From NCBI GenBank assembly GCA_042852035.1, contig BAAFHK010000002.1, positions 60,001 to 92,000 on the forward strand: a stretch of 32,000 nucleotides of DNA, read 5' to 3'. Numbering within the stretch: position 1 is the stretch's first letter; each line of letters opens with the position of its first letter. The position numbers and the translations under genes are program-made. Positions 28,532 to 32,000 of the stretch are shown in pieces. Below the pieces are notes generated by a model. It saw nothing but the letters and a program-made list of their open reading frames with translations. It ran no database searches and was not told the DNA's origin. The DNA is from Candidatus Saccharimonadota bacterium (lineage in GTDB: Bacteria > Patescibacteriota > Gracilibacteria > BD1-5 > UBA2023).

Positions 28532-31500
28532 ATGAAGTTTAAGAAAAAGAGCTTTTCTTTCATTCATCAGTACATTTCTGCTGTATTGATTTTTTTGCTG
28601 TTTATTTCTCAGACCATTCATGTATCATTCTTTGATAAAATTGAGGCTGCTACAACAGATTATCGTGATATTGTTTCCCTCATCGTGGATGAGGATACCT
28701 ATAGTGCTCTTCGAGGGCAAATTCGAACCTATGCAAATGATATACAGGGCTACTTAAAGAATACTCGGGTAACCATTTATGTGGCTCCATCGACGGCTCG
28801 TCCTGAAGTTATAGCCGCTCATAATGAAAAACTCTACTATGAATGAGATGGTCAAAATGGTATCTCCTCGCTCATAGGAACTATAATAATAGGAAATATT
28901 CCAATCCCTGTTGTTCATAAAGAAGGAACATCATTCCCAAGTCTCTACCCATATGTTGATTTTGATGACAAAAGATTTGTTTATGATACCACAACCAAAC
29001 GATATAACTTTTCACAGGAAACAAATGAATGAAGTGATGTTGATATCTGGCATGGTGTTATTAACCCTGCAGTTTGAACTGATTGGGATGCAGCTATAGA
29101 TATTCCGAAGATAGGATTATTTCTTGATAAGACTCACGATTTTTATACCCGATCAGGAAAATTTACTCCTCAAACACTTCCCCCAAGAGTGTATTATTAT
29201 GATGGTTATGCTGAGAGCCTTTCGACGGATCCAACCACAATGTATAAATATGCCCTTTTTACGCAAAATGCTGAAAATGTGGAATATAAACGTTGGGGAA
29301 AGGCTCTTTTAGGAGATATTACAACTTCACTTGCTCAATTTCAAAAAGCAAACAGTGGTGCTGAGGATGCATATGCTGAATCTATTCTTTGACCATGAGC
29401 TGCAATCGGAGATGAATCAATTGATCCAGCAACTCTAGAATCACTACCAGATATTCAGACAGCAACCCCGATTATGTCATATCTCAAGAGATTTCATGAG
29501 ACTATAAACAAGAAAACTCTCTCTGATATTCAAGAATATGTTCATAATGCAGGTCGATATAATTCTGGAATTAATGTCCGAGTGGATCAAGGAGCTGTTC
29601 AGGTAAGTATTACGGATCAGGTTTCTATGGATGTCCTGAAGAATGCTAATGATGCTATCGAGTCATCGATTGATTCTATCCTTACTACAAATAGCTATGC
29701 CCGTCGAATCCCGATACTTAATGGCATTTGGGAACGATCACCTATACTTACGAATACTGTTGGAGCTATACCTGCTTCGGTAGCTGCAAATCCTCTTGTT
29801 GAATATAAAAACTATTACTTTGGAAGAGAGGCACAAACGATAACAAGCCCAGAACAGTGTACCATTGCTCGATGATGGAGCGGTACTACTGATCTATTTA
29901 AGAGACCTCTTCTTGCGGAGGCAAATGTCATGTACAATCTTAATAGTGTACAGGGTCATATTGGATACCTCTCATGAGATACTGATACGATGGTGCAGCT
30001 TTGGAGAAACGCCACTTATGCCTGTTTTACTCAAGCCTGAACCCCCAAGCTTGATTCATACTTCTGAGGAAATAGCCTTCTCAGGCTTATGGTAACTGGA
30101 GAGGATCCAACAACATTCTTAAAATCCCCTCCATCAGGAACCGCACTTACTGGATTTTCACTCCCTATTTTTGATATTGAGGGAATGAAGGAGACCACCA
30201 GACTTCCAAATCCTTCACTCGCTGACTGTACTTGAAATCGTTTCCAATACACTCTTCTTCAGCCACATACATTTTCCTATGATGTCAATGACTCTTGGAG
30301 CTATAATGGATGAACTTATAATTGTACCTGAGGGTACCCTCTTGAGTGGACGAACTCTACTTCCTACTGTCCGAATAATGCTCTTACAAATAGTCCAAGA
30401 TTTACTTGTAATACAGTTCATACCAGTTATCCTGGATGAAGCTCGATGGCTGATTCCCTCGCTGTCTATAACACTCCTTGTTACTATGGAACTCTTGTAA
30501 TTGATGGAAAATATTTTAATAACACAACATCTCTTTCAGTTGGGCAGGTAAACCTTTGAAGTCAGTGTATTATACCAGGAAATGCCTACAATGGTATCCC
30601 CGATGTCGATAATACTGTATATCAGAATCGAGTCTTCCATACTATTCCATCCCTCCTTAAGCATGTCTCACCAACAAGTGCTGAAATTGCTGCAGCGAAG
30701 GCAAATGGAGCAAGTCCATCAATTCCAGTTGATGCAATACGGACGGTTGAGTTTCTCACTCAAAAATGAGGAACAGCACGACTTACATATCCAAATTTCT
30801 TTGAAGCTCCAACGACGTCTATCGCTGATGTTCGTGCCTGGCTTAAAACACTTTCTGATACTGAATGGAATGGAATCATAGCTGCAGAAAATGCACGCGT
30901 ACAAACTGCACTTGATCGAAATGTTGCTTTGAGTCTCTGAGCAAATCCACTCCCGAATGCCCCAATCGACTGGAACACTCTTATTACTGATGATGTAATC
31001 GAAAAAATAATACGAGCAAAACGTTCCCTAGCTCCAAATGTCACAAAAAAATATCAGAATCTTCTCGAGGCGGGTCTTTCATATTCTCATACATCTTCTG
31101 GAGATATACTGGATAATCCACTTCCACTTCCGAAACTATCACAAGGGTATGAAATTGCATACCTTTGATTGACTCCATTTACTCCAAAATGACAGGCAAG
31201 TGAAGAAGATGCTTCTCTTCAGGGATACCAATATCAGCTTTGAGAACTCCAATGACTCAATTTCGTAGAACAAGACCCAGCACTGACTGATCCTGACCCT
31301 TCGATAAAAGCTCAAGCTGAATGTGGGCCGCCAGATGGTGTGCCATTATTTCAGTGGCCTTCAGCGATACAGTGTTGGATTAAGACTCTCTTCCCAGTAA
31401 AGATTGTTCCAGGATCATGTGGCTCAAACACGATTTGAATTGCACAAGGTACGCTCTCAAGTGCTCCACCTCCAATAGCAATAGCAGGGGATAGCGCAAG

Positions 31501-32000
31501 CCTTCGTACATATTATAGTAATGCTCAGATAGTATACAGCATTGAGCGAACTATGATACAGCCAGGATGAAATATAGAAATACAGTACTATCTTAATAAT
31601 AATGGGGTATTGGTAGAACTTCCTCCAGATGCTTCGATAGATTTAAATATTTCTTCGGTTACGGCAAGCGGGCAAAATATTTCACCAGATAAATATGGTG
31701 AGTATGTTACTCTTTCTTCATCGAATTGAACCTATACGAATGAAGGGGCATCATTTGTGGTCAATTCTATATGACCTTTTGCTGACATTTCATTGGTTCC
31801 AAAACTTACCGTTCCACTTCCTGATGGAACAATATATGAAAGTATCGGTGCACAGATGGTTCTCAAGGTTCGAGATGAATATGTCGATATTCTTCCAAAA
31901 GCAGGAACAATCCCAGTATCTTCATTTGAAACAACAAGTACTGAAGCATTAACACTCAATTTCGAAGCAAAGCAAGGAACGGGTATAAATATACCAACTT
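28532..32000 (+). CDS. giant secreted protein of unknown function (partial, >=1156 aa, continues beyond window)
   Basis: The frame of ATG 28532 was checked codon by codon to position 32000 and has no TAA/TAG, with more than 30 in-frame TGA. It joins track ORFs 28532..28846, 29189..29392 and 29474..29875. N-terminal anchor or signal: MKFKKKSFSFIHQYISAVLIFLLFISQTIHV. No catalytic or repeat motif recognised. Confidence 0.7.

Noticed and set aside
28880-29060. Resemblance of GTIIIGNIPIPV...YPYVDFDD...DIWHGVI in the giant ORF to the peptidase C25 (gingipain-like) layout
   Set aside because: No Cys follows the candidate His at a distance where a catalytic dyad could form. The similarity is too vague to call without a profile search.
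1-32000. Alternative readings of in-frame TGA: Trp (table 4), selenocysteine, or pervasive pseudogenisation
   Set aside because: The TGA positions align with invariant Gly in Walker A, the GDH GGGKGG loop, ALDH ELGG and similar motifs, not with Trp or Cys/Sec sites. There are far too many of them (44 in one gene) for Sec. All the genes otherwise look intact.

Overview
AT-rich bacterial window that is only coherent when TGA is read as glycine (translation table 25; Gracilibacteria/BD1-5 or Absconditabacteria/SR1 lineage of the CPR). The supplied standard-code ORF track is chopped at every TGA. I re-joined fragments by hand, treating only TAA/TAG as stops. That gives about 22 tightly packed genes and one tRNA, with several TAATG overlaps and hairpin terminators shared by convergent genes. 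Housekeeping content: Tim44-like protein, glutathione peroxidase, CPBP protease, a frameshifted HIBADH-family oxidoreductase, an SDR, a clpB lacking its N-domain behind a CIRCE-like operator, a GIY-YIG protein, a MarC-family protein, an ABC-F ATPase, an aldehyde dehydrogenase / putrescine aminotransferase / glutamate dehydrogenase cluster, and tRNA-Lys(UUU). About half of the window encodes large secreted or surface proteins. These are an 823-aa DUF5011-repeat protein, a 2389-aa DUF11-repeat adhesin, a 673-aa Cys-rich duplicated protein, a 266-aa protein with a TrbC/VirB2-like pilin tail, and a >1150-aa ORF running off the window. The most unusual feature is the adhesin: its single reading frame continues, with no TAA/TAG, through an LPQTG motif into a complete sortase catalytic domain that has no membrane anchor of its own. 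All family calls come from motifs recognised by eye. No HMM or BLAST search could be run, and start codons are best guesses.
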